32,000 nt of DNA from Candidatus Saccharimonadota bacterium (GTDB lineage: Bacteria > Patescibacteriota > Patescibacteriia > 2-12-FULL-60-25): contig CP064964.1 of assembly GCA_016699205.1 (NCBI GenBank), positions 780,001 through 812,000 on the forward strand, written 5' to 3'. The translations under genes and the position numbers were made by a program. The notes beneath the pieces are model-generated. The model searched no databases. It was not told where the DNA came from and saw only the letters and a program-made list of their open reading frames with translations. Positions 23,602-31,099 of the stretch are shown in pieces. Within the stretch, counting starts at the first letter, position 1. Every line of letters starts with the position of its first letter.

Positions 23602-26157
23602 TCAATCCTTGGAGGGTAGGAATCGTTTGGCGATTTCAAGTGGACCAACGGTCAAAATACCAGTACCGACAGCTAGTAAGAACCAGACGAGCGGTAACGG
23701 TTGCGTGCTGAGAGCTTCATTACCAATCGGGAGATAAACGCCAAAGATGGTCATGGCGATACCGAGACCTACGCCGATAGCCATCGGAGGATTTTCTAAC
23801 GGATTCATTTTCCAGATCGGCTTATGGAGACTACGAAGAGCGAGAGCCATGAAGAGTGTTGATAGCGAGAGAGCTGCGTAGGTCATGGTGCGGGCGATTT
23901 CCGGATCAGTGATACGCAGGAATATCAGGTGCGTTACAAAAAGGATGATACTGCCGCCGAGTCCGCCGGCGATCACGAGAGAGCGGATTTGTTTGGTCAG
24001 AATTCCGCCGTGATGTTGTTTGCCGTCACCGCCCTTTTTTTCAAAAGCGTAGGCAATCGCGGGGAGCGAGTCGGTAAACACATTGATGAACAAGATTTGA
24101 AGGGCGTTTACCGGAAGCGGTAGACCGATGAGAAATGCTCCTACAACCAAAATGAATTCACCAAAGGCATTGGTGAGCGCGTAAGCGACGGCTTTGCGGA
24201 TGTTTTCAACAATGCGGCGGCCTTCATGAATGGCTGTGACAATGGTCGCATAGTTGTCGTCAAGAACAACAAGATCGGCAGCGTCTTTAGAGACGTCAGT
24301 GCCGGACCCCATCGCGACGCCGATATCTGCTGCCCGAAGAGCTGGTGCGTCGTTGACGCCGTCACCTGTGACCGCCACGATTTCTCCCATGGATTGATAG
24401 CGTTCCACGAGCTGGAGTTTTTGGGCCGGAGTAACGCGCGCAAAGATGCGGGTGGCACGCAGATCCATGTCGCTCATACTATCGATATCTTTTCCGTGGA
24501 CGGCGGTTTCTCCCGGACCAATCAAGCCGATTTCACGTCCAACAGCAGCGGCGGTACCTGGATGATCGCCCGTCAGGATGCGGGTGCGGACACCGGATTG
24601 GCCGATGTCGCGTATGGCATCGATGACGCTTGGACGCAATGGATCGCGGAAGCCGAGGAGACCGGCAAAGGCAAAGCCGCCTTTGATTTTTGTGGGATGG
24701 GGGAGCTGGTCTCCGCCATCGAGATCCATACTTACGACTCCAAGGAGACGTACGCCTTCGTTTGCACGATCAGCTATTTGTTTTTCTAGCGCTTGGCGCT
24801 TTTGATCTGGCCAATCGATCAAAGCAACGAGAATATCCGGTGCGCCAACAAGGACAGCGCGGCGTTTTTTGTCCTGTTCTACGACAACGCCCGAGAATTT
24901 GTAGCTGGAGTCAAAAGGGATACGCTGGATGATTTTGGGTTTGGACAAAACTTCCGGTAGGAGGACGGAAGACTTGGCGGCACCGTTGACGAGTGCGACT
25001 TCCATTGGCCGGCCAACGAGATTCCAGGTGGCGGGTTTGTCTTCTGGGTTTTCTAGAACGACTTGCGATGTGAGGACGGCGTTTGAGAGTAGGGAAGTAT
25101 TATCGTAGCCGGTTTCCGGATACAGCTCTTCGAGCGACATCTTGGCTTGGGTGAGGGTGCCGGTTTTGTCGGTCAGGATGAGAGTGGTTGATCCCAGGGC
25201 TTCAGCGGCGACCATGCGTCGGACAACGCCTTGGCGGGCGGCTAAGCGTTCTACGCCGATAGCCAAGATGACGGTGAGAGCGATCGGCATGCCTTCTGGG
25301 ACCGTTGAAACGCCGACAGCGACGGAAAGGAGGAGCATGTCGAGCCAGCCGCGGCCGGTCCAAATACCGAGAGCGAATAATCCAATAACAGCTACAATGA
25401 CACCGATGCCAATCCAGCGAGAAAGTCGCGAGACTTCCAGTTGAAGCGGTGTTGGAGCTTCTTGTCCACGCGTGGTCATCTCGGCGATGGATCCGAATTC
25501 CGTATGTTGGCCGGTAGCTGTAATGAGGGCTTCTCCCAGTCCTTCTACAGCAACGGTTCCGCCGTGAAGCATGTTATGTCTATCGGCAAGCGAGGTTTCT
25601 GTGGCGACTTTATCGACGTTTTTTTCTGCGGCTTGGGATTCTCCGGTCAGGATGCTTTCATCGACGGATAAGCCTTGGGAGGCGATGAGGCGTGCGTCGG
25701 CCGGGATGCGATCGCCTTGGGAAAGAATGATGATGTCGCCTGGAACAAGGTTGGTAGCGTCGATTTCATGTTCATGCCCATCGCGGCGGACGCGGGCCTG
25801 CGTACGTAAATAGTTTTCCAGTCGATCGAGGACATGCTGGGCTTTCCATTCCTGCCAAAAGCCAAGAGCCGTATTGGCGATGATTGAAATAATGATAACG
25901 GCTGTCTCGATCCATTCCTGCAAGGCAAAGGTGATGACGCCGGAGGCAACAAGAATGAGCAGGAGAGGGTTGTAGAGTTGTCGTAAGAAAAGACGAATCG
26001 CCGTATCAGGGCGACGTCGGGGAAGGACATTTTTACCGGCAGCGAGACGTTGGACGACCTCTTTATCGGAAAGACCTTGCGATGAGCTTCCAAGAGCCTT
26101 CAAAGCGTCTTCTGGTGTCAGGCTCCAAGGTGCTACGACGTGTGAAGGGTGCGACAT
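23602..26157 (-). CDS. cation-transporting P-type ATPase, type II (Ca2+-ATPase-like)
   Basis: 851 aa. It has an N-terminal Cation_ATPase_N-like segment (GLSDKEVVQRLAAGKNVLP), TGES, VPEGMPIALTV in TM4, the phosphorylation site DKTGTLT, TGDHPGTA and the hinge VTGDGVNDAPALRAADIGVAMG. Confidence 0.9.
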   Translation of the reverse strand: MSHPSHVVAPWSLTPEDALKALGSSSQGLSDKEVVQRLAAGKNVLPRRRPDTAIRLFLRQLYNPLLLILVASGVITFALQEWIETAVIIISIIANTALGFWQEWKAQHVLDRLENYLRTQARVRRDGHEHEIDATNLVPGDIIILSQGDRIPADARLIASQGLSVDESILTGESQAAEKNVDKVATETSLADRHNMLHGGTVAVEGLGEALITATGQHTEFGSIAEMTTRGQEAPTPLQLEVSRLSRWIGIGVIVAVIGLFALGIWTGRGWLDMLLLSVAVGVSTVPEGMPIALTVILAIGVERLAARQGVVRRMVAAEALGSTTLILTDKTGTLTQAKMSLEELYPETGYDNTSLLSNAVLTSQVVLENPEDKPATWNLVGRPMEVALVNGAAKSSVLLPEVLSKPKIIQRIPFDSSYKFSGVVVEQDKKRRAVLVGAPDILVALIDWPDQKRQALEKQIADRANEGVRLLGVVSMDLDGGDQLPHPTKIKGGFAFAGLLGFRDPLRPSVIDAIRDIGQSGVRTRILTGDHPGTAAAVGREIGLIGPGETAVHGKDIDSMSDMDLRATRIFARVTPAQKLQLVERYQSMGEIVAVTGDGVNDAPALRAADIGVAMGSGTDVSKDAADLVVLDDNYATIVTAIHEGRRIVENIRKAVAYALTNAFGEFILVVGAFLIGLPLPVNALQILFINVFTDSLPAIAYAFEKKGGDGKQHHGGILTKQIRSLVIAGGLGGSIILFVTHLIFLRITDPEIARTMTYAALSLSTLFMALALRSLHKPIWKMNPLENPPMAIGVGLGIAMTIFGVYLPIGNEALSTQPLPLVWFLLAVGTGILTVGPLEIAKRFLPSKD

Positions 26158-26179
26158 AGCTCCATGATATCGCGAATGC

Positions 26180-26208
26180 TTGACTTTAGCCCAGAAAAGC
26201 CCTAATCT
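26180..26208 (+). promoter_or_regulatory. sigma70-like promoter for tRNA-Glu
   Basis: TTGACT (26180-26185), a 17-nt spacer, then TAATCT (26203-26208). The -10 ends 11 nt before the mature tRNA 5' end. Confidence 0.55.
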
Positions 26209-26219
26209 ACTCCGCGCAA

Positions 26220-26294
26220 GGCTCCATCGTCTATCGGTTAGGACAGCGGCTTTTCAAGCCGTTAAGAGGGGTTCGACTCCCCTTGGGGCTACCA
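26220..26294 (+). tRNA. tRNA-Glu (anticodon UUC), CCA encoded
   Basis: Hand-folded cloverleaf. The acceptor is GGCTCCA/TGGGGCT, with G1-U72 and U4-G69 wobbles. The D arm is GTCT-ATCGGTTA-GGAC. The anticodon arm is GCGGC-TTTTCAA-GCCGT (U33, TTC, A37). The variable loop is TAAG and the T arm is AGGGG-TTCGACT-CCCCT, followed by discriminator A and CCA. Total length is 75 nt. Confidence 0.9.
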
Positions 26295-26341
26295 TCGAGC
26301 TTAGCTCGACTCTGCGGATGGGATCACGAAGCTTAGCTTCG
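26295..26341 (+). repeat. two near-identical mini-hairpins sharing the 9-mer agcttagct
   Basis: tcgagc-tta-gctcga (26295-26309) starts at the base after the tRNA CCA. cgaagc-tta-gcttcg lies at 26327-26341. Confidence 0.6.
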
Positions 26342-26375
26342 CCCAACCGACGGGTTAAGAGGTGAACTCGACAAC

Positions 26376-26403
26376 AAAAACCAGTCTTCAGTGACTGGTT
26401 TTT
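26376..26403 (+). terminator. rho-independent terminator of the tRNA transcription unit
   Basis: Stem aaaaaccagtc / gactggttttt with a 6-nt loop and a T-rich 3' arm. The ORF-track gtg start at 26391 lies inside this hairpin. Confidence 0.75.
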
Positions 26404-26444
26404 GTATTGACAAAATTCTAAAAATAGGGAACGGACTAGAAGGT

Positions 26445-26732
26445 ATGCATTATGTTTACGTACTTTTTAGCGAGATTGATCGAATGCTGTATGTCGGCTC
26501 GACAAAGGACCTGCGAAAACGATGGAAAGATCATTGTGCGGGTCGAGCTGATGCCACGAAGGATCGTCGTCCGTTACGAGTGATTTATTATGAAGCGTAT
26601 TTGACACAATACGAGGCAGAGCGTCGCGAGAAGTATCTAAAGGGTGGAAATGGCCGAGGGCAGTTGAAAAAGCAGCTCTCTGTAACCTTGGAAAAAGTTA
26701 ACTATCGATTTAAGGATTCATGCCAAGCATAA
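26445..26732 (+). CDS. small stand-alone GIY-YIG nuclease-domain protein (COG2827-like)
   Basis: From ATG 26445: MHYVYVLFSEIDRMLYVGSTKDLRKRWKDH...R...EAERREKYLKG. This gives the GIY-YIG variant YVY...YVG, a conserved Arg and the E...K region, in about 95 aa. Confidence 0.8.
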   Translation: MHYVYVLFSEIDRMLYVGSTKDLRKRWKDHCAGRADATKDRRPLRVIYYEAYLTQYEAERREKYLKGGNGRGQLKKQLSVTLEKVNYRFKDSCQA

Positions 26733-26764
26733 CAAAACACCCGCTGTAAGGCGGGTGTTTTGTT
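26731..26764. terminator. bidirectional terminator between GIY-YIG and peroxiredoxin genes
   Basis: 14-bp perfect stem aacaaaacacccgc / gcgggtgttttgtt with loop tgtaag. Confidence 0.85.
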
Positions 26765-26771
26765 TTTCTGT

Positions 26772-27317
26772 TTAGGCGTTCTGTTCTTTGAGGTAGTTCA
26801 GCATTGTCTGCGCATCCGAGACTTCAAATGGATCGGTCGGACAGTCATCCATGAAGCCTGGTTCTACAAAGAGCTGTTTGATGACGCCGTCGTCGACAAA
26901 CATGCTGTAGCGCCAGGAGCGGTCTCCAAAGCCGAGGTTGTTCTTTTTGACGAGCATGCCCATCTTTTCTGTGAAATCGCCGTTGCCGTCCGGGAGCATG
27001 AAGACTTTTTCCAGCTTCAAATCCTTGGCCCACTTGAACATGACAAAGGCATCGTTCACCGAGAGACAAATGACTTCATCGACGCCGAGCTTTTTGAAGT
27101 CGTCGTAGAACGCTTCGTAGCCTGGAGCGTGGACCGAGGAACAGGTTGGTGTGAAGGCGCCTGGCAAGGAAAAGAGGACAATCTTTTTGCCGGCAAAGAT
27201 GTCGGCGGTTGAGCGGTCCTGCCAGCGGTATGGGTTTTCACCTGGGACGGACTCGTCGCGGACACGGGTTTTAAAGACGACGTCTGGGACGCGGTCGCCT
27301 GCTTGCAAATGGGCCAT
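26772..27317 (-). CDS. peroxiredoxin, Prx5-like subfamily
   Basis: 181 aa. The motif KKIVLFSLPGAFTPTCS contains the peroxidatic Cys motif PGAFTPTC typical of Prx5/type-II peroxiredoxins. DEVICLSVND and RYSMFVDDG are also consistent. Confidence 0.9.
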   Translation of the reverse strand: MAHLQAGDRVPDVVFKTRVRDESVPGENPYRWQDRSTADIFAGKKIVLFSLPGAFTPTCSSVHAPGYEAFYDDFKKLGVDEVICLSVNDAFVMFKWAKDLKLEKVFMLPDGNGDFTEKMGMLVKKNNLGFGDRSWRYSMFVDDGVIKQLFVEPGFMDDCPTDPFEVSDAQTMLNYLKEQNA

Positions 27318-27380
27318 AATAGATAAAAGAAAAGATATTAACGAATCAACCGTTCATCGATCGTACTCACTTGTTTTTTT

Positions 27381-27809
27381 CTAGGCAAGGGCTACCAGGA
27401 TTGCGCCGATGGTCACCATGATGCCACCGACGACTAACTGCCAAGAGATTTTCTCGGCCAAGAAAATGACAGAGAAGAGGATGATCATGGGCAGGCTCAA
27501 ACGGTCGAGAGCTGCGAGTTTGGAGGCGCTGGTTGCTTTGAGGCCAAGAAAATAGAAGAGCCAGGATGCCGCTCCAAAGATGCCGGCTAAAGCGATGACA
27601 CCCCAGTCTTTTGTTTGTAATTTAGAAATTGTTTGAAATTTGCCCGATGCAGCCACGGTCGCGACCATAAAGAGGAACATGAACATGCTGCGAATAGCTG
27701 TCGCGAGCGTCGGATCGACCGTTTTTAGGCCGATTTTCCCCGTGATCGTCATGAGGGCGGCGGTGATGGCGGCGAGGAGACCGTAGACAATCCACATAAT
27801 TTGCCCCAT
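27381..27809 (-). CDS. half-size EamA/DMT-family membrane transporter
   Basis: From ATG 27809: MGQIMWIVYGLLAAITAALMTITGKIGL..., about 143 aa with 4-5 hydrophobic helices and the EamA-like end LFSVIFLAEKISWQLVVGGIMVTIGAILV. The longer ORF-track start (27899) would overlap tsaD by 80 nt. Confidence 0.7.
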   Translation of the reverse strand: MGQIMWIVYGLLAAITAALMTITGKIGLKTVDPTLATAIRSMFMFLFMVATVAASGKFQTISKLQTKDWGVIALAGIFGAASWLFYFLGLKATSASKLAALDRLSLPMIILFSVIFLAEKISWQLVVGGIMVTIGAILVALA

Positions 27810-27819
27810 TCTACCGTCT

Positions 27820-28860
27820 ATGAAGCCTTTGCGCATCTTGGGAATCGAGACGAGCTGTGATGAGACGGCTGTGTCGATTTTGTATGCGTCCAAAACCAAG
27901 GTTGAGGTGGAGCAGGATTTTGTTTCTTCGCAGGTACCGATTCATCAAAAGTATGGCGGTGTTGTGCCGGAAGTGGCCGCAAGATCGCATGTGCCGGAGA
28001 CGGTTTCTTTGATAACACAGGCTTTAGGAAAGAAAGGCTTGAAGGCTTTTGATGCGATTGCCGTGACGAGCGGGCCAGGGCTTGCGACGGCTTTGCGCGT
28101 TGGAATCGAGGCGGCGCGTGTTTTGGCTTGGCTGTCTGGTAAGCCGATTGTTGGTGTGAATCATTTGGAGGGACATCTTGCGTCTGCTTGGCTGAATGCC
28201 GAGAATCGCAAGCGTTGGAAATTTTCGTTGCTCGCGCTTATCGTCTCCGGAGGGCATACGGAATTAGTTTTAATGAAAGATTTTGGGAAATATCGGATTG
28301 TCGGGCAGACGCGTGATGATGCGGCGGGGGAGGCTTTTGATAAGACGGCCAAACTTATGGGGCTTCCGTATCCGGGAGGGCCACAGATCGCCAAGCTTGC
28401 CCTTGAAGGCGATGTCACGGCTTTTGATTTGCCGAGACCGATGATGAAAGATCCTTCTTTGGATTTTAGTTTTAGCGGATTGAAGACCGCCGTGCGTATT
28501 GCTTGGGAACCTTGGATGAAGGGACCCGTGGAACGACAAGAACAAGCGAAGAGGGATTTGGCTGCTTCGCTTCAGCAGGCAATTGTGGATGTATTGATTG
28601 AGAAGACATTACGAGCAGCGAAGAAATATAAGGTGAAGGGCGTGTTATTGGTGGGCGGTGTATCAGCTAATCAATTACTGCGCGAATCTTTGGATAAAGG
28701 TTTGGCTGAGCATTTGCTCGGCGTTGCTTTTTTACCTTCTGATCGGAAGTATATTACAGACAATGCAGCGATGATTGCGGCGGCTGGCGCTTGGAATTTG
28801 TGGAGACGCAAGAAGGACGATTGGCGTAAAATGGATGCAAATCCAGAATGGAATGTATGA
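27820..28860 (+). CDS. tsaD: tRNA N6-adenosine threonylcarbamoyltransferase
   Basis: The motifs ILGIETSCDETAVSI, GGVVPEVAARSH, VNHLEGHL, VSGGHTEL and GVSAN are classical TsaD/Kae1 motifs. Confidence 0.95.
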   Translation: MKPLRILGIETSCDETAVSILYASKTKVEVEQDFVSSQVPIHQKYGGVVPEVAARSHVPETVSLITQALGKKGLKAFDAIAVTSGPGLATALRVGIEAARVLAWLSGKPIVGVNHLEGHLASAWLNAENRKRWKFSLLALIVSGGHTELVLMKDFGKYRIVGQTRDDAAGEAFDKTAKLMGLPYPGGPQIAKLALEGDVTAFDLPRPMMKDPSLDFSFSGLKTAVRIAWEPWMKGPVERQEQAKRDLAASLQQAIVDVLIEKTLRAAKKYKVKGVLLVGGVSANQLLRESLDKGLAEHLLGVAFLPSDRKYITDNAAMIAAAGAWNLWRRKKDDWRKMDANPEWNV

Positions 28861-29288
28861 AGTTTATTGTCTCGCGCATTGAAGATTGGGACGTGGTCGC
28901 TCAAGCGATTGCCGAGCAATTGAAGCCTGGGATGGCCATCAGGCTCACAGGACCGCTTGGAGCGGGTAAAACAACGCTGGTGCAGGCTTTGGCAAAGACC
29001 CTGGGCGCTAAGGGGGTACCGCGTAGCCCGACGTTTTCTTTGATGCGTACCTATCAGGCAAGTAAACGTATTGGTATCAAGCGATTGATTCATATTGATG
29101 CGTATCGATTGGAATCGGCGTCGGATGCGCATGCGCTTGGATTGGATGAGGAGATGGCGGAAGGGGATACAGTGCTGGCTGTTGAGTGGGCAGAAAAGCT
29201 GGGAAGTTTGTTGAGCGCGATTCCATCGATTGACGTGAAAATTGAAACGGACCCCAATAATGGGGCCCGTCGCGTGTCGGTTGTTTGA
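28857..29288 (+). CDS. tsaE: tRNA threonylcarbamoyladenosine biosynthesis ATPase TsaE
   Basis: It carries LTGPLGAGKTTLVQALAK (P-loop), SPTFSLM, HIDAYRL and AVEWAEK. ATG 28857 overlaps the tsaD stop as ATGA. An alternative in-frame ATG lies at 28848. Confidence 0.88.
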   Translation: MKFIVSRIEDWDVVAQAIAEQLKPGMAIRLTGPLGAGKTTLVQALAKTLGAKGVPRSPTFSLMRTYQASKRIGIKRLIHIDAYRLESASDAHALGLDEEMAEGDTVLAVEWAEKLGSLLSAIPSIDVKIETDPNNGARRVSVV

Positions 29289-29594
29289 TTATTTTGTCTC
29301 CTCTGCGGTTCCTGGTTCTGCGACCTCTGAATCGCTATTTGCGACGGCGAGGACTTCATCGACGCTGGTGAGGCCATCCAGGGCTTTGAGGAGGCCATCT
29401 TGAGCCATATTGATCATTCCGGCGGCTGTTGCCATCTCTGCGATGCGGGCTTCTGAAACGTCTTTTTTCAGGACTTCTTCTTCAATCTCATTGGTCATCG
29501 TGAAGATTTCATAGATACCGACACGGCCTTTGTAGCCATCATCTGTAGGTGTGATTTTGTCCGGATCCGGCTCCATAAAGTTGAGCTTGTCCAA
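29289..29594 (-). CDS. PilB/GspE-family secretion ATPase, C-terminal fragment (separated by 1-nt frameshift)
   Basis: GYKGRVGIYEIF...EEV...ARIAEMATAAGMINMAQDGLLKALDGLTSVDEVL is the conserved C-terminal end of type II/IV secretion ATPases. The reading frame stays open upstream to the A5 run (plus-strand T5 at 29614-29618). Confidence 0.85.
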   Translation of the reverse strand: MDKLNFMEPDPDKITPTDDGYKGRVGIYEIFTMTNEIEEEVLKKDVSEARIAEMATAAGMINMAQDGLLKALDGLTSVDEVLAVANSDSEVAEPGTAEETK

Positions 29595-31096
29595 ATCGAC
29601 AGAGTAGCCGGAGTTTTTGGAATGGCGCCGAGAATTCTTTTTACTTGATTCAATTTTGCGGAAGAGAGTTTTGCGGGGCGGGACATCTCGGGCTTCAGGC
29701 GTCGGACGAGGCGCTGACCGATAACGGCGTTCAAGGCAGGCGCAAGCAAGAATGGCTTTACGCCCATCGACATAAAGCGCGGAATGGCGCCGGCAGCGGA
29801 GTTAGTGTGGATGGTTGAGACGACGAGGTGACCGGTGAGAGCGGCCTGAATTGCGATTTCTGCCGTTTCCGCATCGCGGATTTCACCGACCATGACAATG
29901 TCAGGGTCTTGGCGCAGAATCGAGCGCAAGCCTTTGGCGAAGTCGTAATTGCGGCTGTGATCGATTTGGCTTTGGTTGATGCCTTGGAGCTTGTATTCAA
30001 TCGGATCTTCAAGCGTGATAATTTTTTCTGTCGGCTGATTGAGTTTTTTGAGGATGGCGTAGAGCGTGGTTGTTTTACCGGAACCGGTCGGACCGGTGGT
30101 GATGATCATGCCGTTTGGCTTCTCGATTTCACGTTCCAAGTCTTCGAGAGCTTTGCCGCGGATACCGAGGTTATCGAATTCAAGAGCGATGGCTTTAGGG
30201 CGCAAGATACGCATGACGACGGACTCGCCAAAAGCCGTCGGCAAAAAGCTGACACGGATATCGATCTTTTCATTGGTGAGATAGATGGTGATGCGGCCAT
30301 CTTGCGGAACATCCTCGACGTTGATTTTAACGCCGGCCAAAAGTTTGAGACGTCCGATGATTTGTTTCCAGGCGACGCGAGGGAGGCTGGCGGCGTCGCG
30401 CAGTTTTCCGTCGATACGGAAACGGATTTTTACGTCTTCTTCCTCGGCTTCTACGTGAACGTCCGAGGTTCCGATCTTGAGCGCTGCACCAAAGATAAGC
30501 GTGATGATGTCGGTCGTGTTTACTTCTCCGATTTTCTTTTGGAGATCGGTAAAGTTGGAAATTTCTTTTTCGTATTTTACCAAGTCGGCTTCCTCAATGC
30601 GGTAGCCGTAGATGACTTCTTTTGGAGTAGGGAGCTTGTCGTAGAGTTTGAGGGCGTATTCAAAACTGTCTTCCGATACAAGATAAATCTGGATGTTGGC
30701 GCTGCGGTCTTTTTTGATGCGTTCCGCAAGCTTATCGATTTCCGGACTTGGTGTTGGTGTTGCGAGACGGACCTCATCGCCGACAAGAAAAAAAGGCAGC
30801 ACGCGCATAGTGGCGGCGATATCTTTTGTGATCAGCGAAAGTGCTTCCGGTGCAATCGGGAAGCCGCGGAGCGTGATGTAGGGGAGACTGAGCTGAGCGG
30901 CCTTTTCTTGAACAAGTTTTTCTTTTTCTCCCTGTTTGATCTCGCCCATGCGTTCCTCGAGTTTGGCGGCAACGCTTGGGGGAGTTTTAGGTGCAGCTCC
31001 AGCTCCAGGTTTGGCTGGAGCTGGAGTGGCGGAAGCGCCTCCTGCGGGCTTAGCCTGCTTCAGGAGGTCTTCAATGGAAGAGGCTTTTGGAGGCAT
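29495..31096 (-). CDS. PilB/GspE-family type IV pilus / type II secretion ATPase, N-terminal and catalytic part
   Basis: It has a T2SSE_N-like region (LSLPYITLRGFPIAPEALSLI...), Walker A TGPTGSGKTTTLYA, an Asp box ITLEDPIEY, Walker B RQDPDIVMVGEIRD and a His box STIHTNSA. The last ~40 codons (TPATLSIWTSSTLW...) are out-of-frame nonsense following the A5 run. Confidence 0.9.
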   Translation of the reverse strand: MPPKASSIEDLLKQAKPAGGASATPAPAKPGAGAAPKTPPSVAAKLEERMGEIKQGEKEKLVQEKAAQLSLPYITLRGFPIAPEALSLITKDIAATMRVLPFFLVGDEVRLATPTPSPEIDKLAERIKKDRSANIQIYLVSEDSFEYALKLYDKLPTPKEVIYGYRIEEADLVKYEKEISNFTDLQKKIGEVNTTDIITLIFGAALKIGTSDVHVEAEEEDVKIRFRIDGKLRDAASLPRVAWKQIIGRLKLLAGVKINVEDVPQDGRITIYLTNEKIDIRVSFLPTAFGESVVMRILRPKAIALEFDNLGIRGKALEDLEREIEKPNGMIITTGPTGSGKTTTLYAILKKLNQPTEKIITLEDPIEYKLQGINQSQIDHSRNYDFAKGLRSILRQDPDIVMVGEIRDAETAEIAIQAALTGHLVVSTIHTNSAAGAIPRFMSMGVKPFLLAPALNAVIGQRLVRRLKPEMSRPAKLSSAKLNQVKRILGAIPKTPATLSIWTSSTLWSRIRTKSHLQMMATKAVSVSMKSSR

Positions 31097-31099
31097 AGC

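Noticed and set aside
26180-26365. 61-aa ORF (MTLAQKSPNLLRARLHRLSV...)
   Set aside because: It starts in the -35 hexamer of the tRNA promoter and runs straight through tRNA-Glu, so it is an artefact.
26295-26372. A second tRNA or tRNA pseudogene downstream of tRNA-Glu
   Set aside because: A 6/7-bp acceptor-like pairing (tcgagct / gaactcga) exists. However, no D-arm can be closed, the would-be T-arm pairs at only 2-3 of 5 positions, and the loop is not TTCRANY.
26760-27212. 150-aa plus-strand ORF antisense to the peroxiredoxin gene
   Set aside because: It begins inside the bidirectional terminator and has no motifs, while the opposite strand encodes a complete Prx5-type protein.
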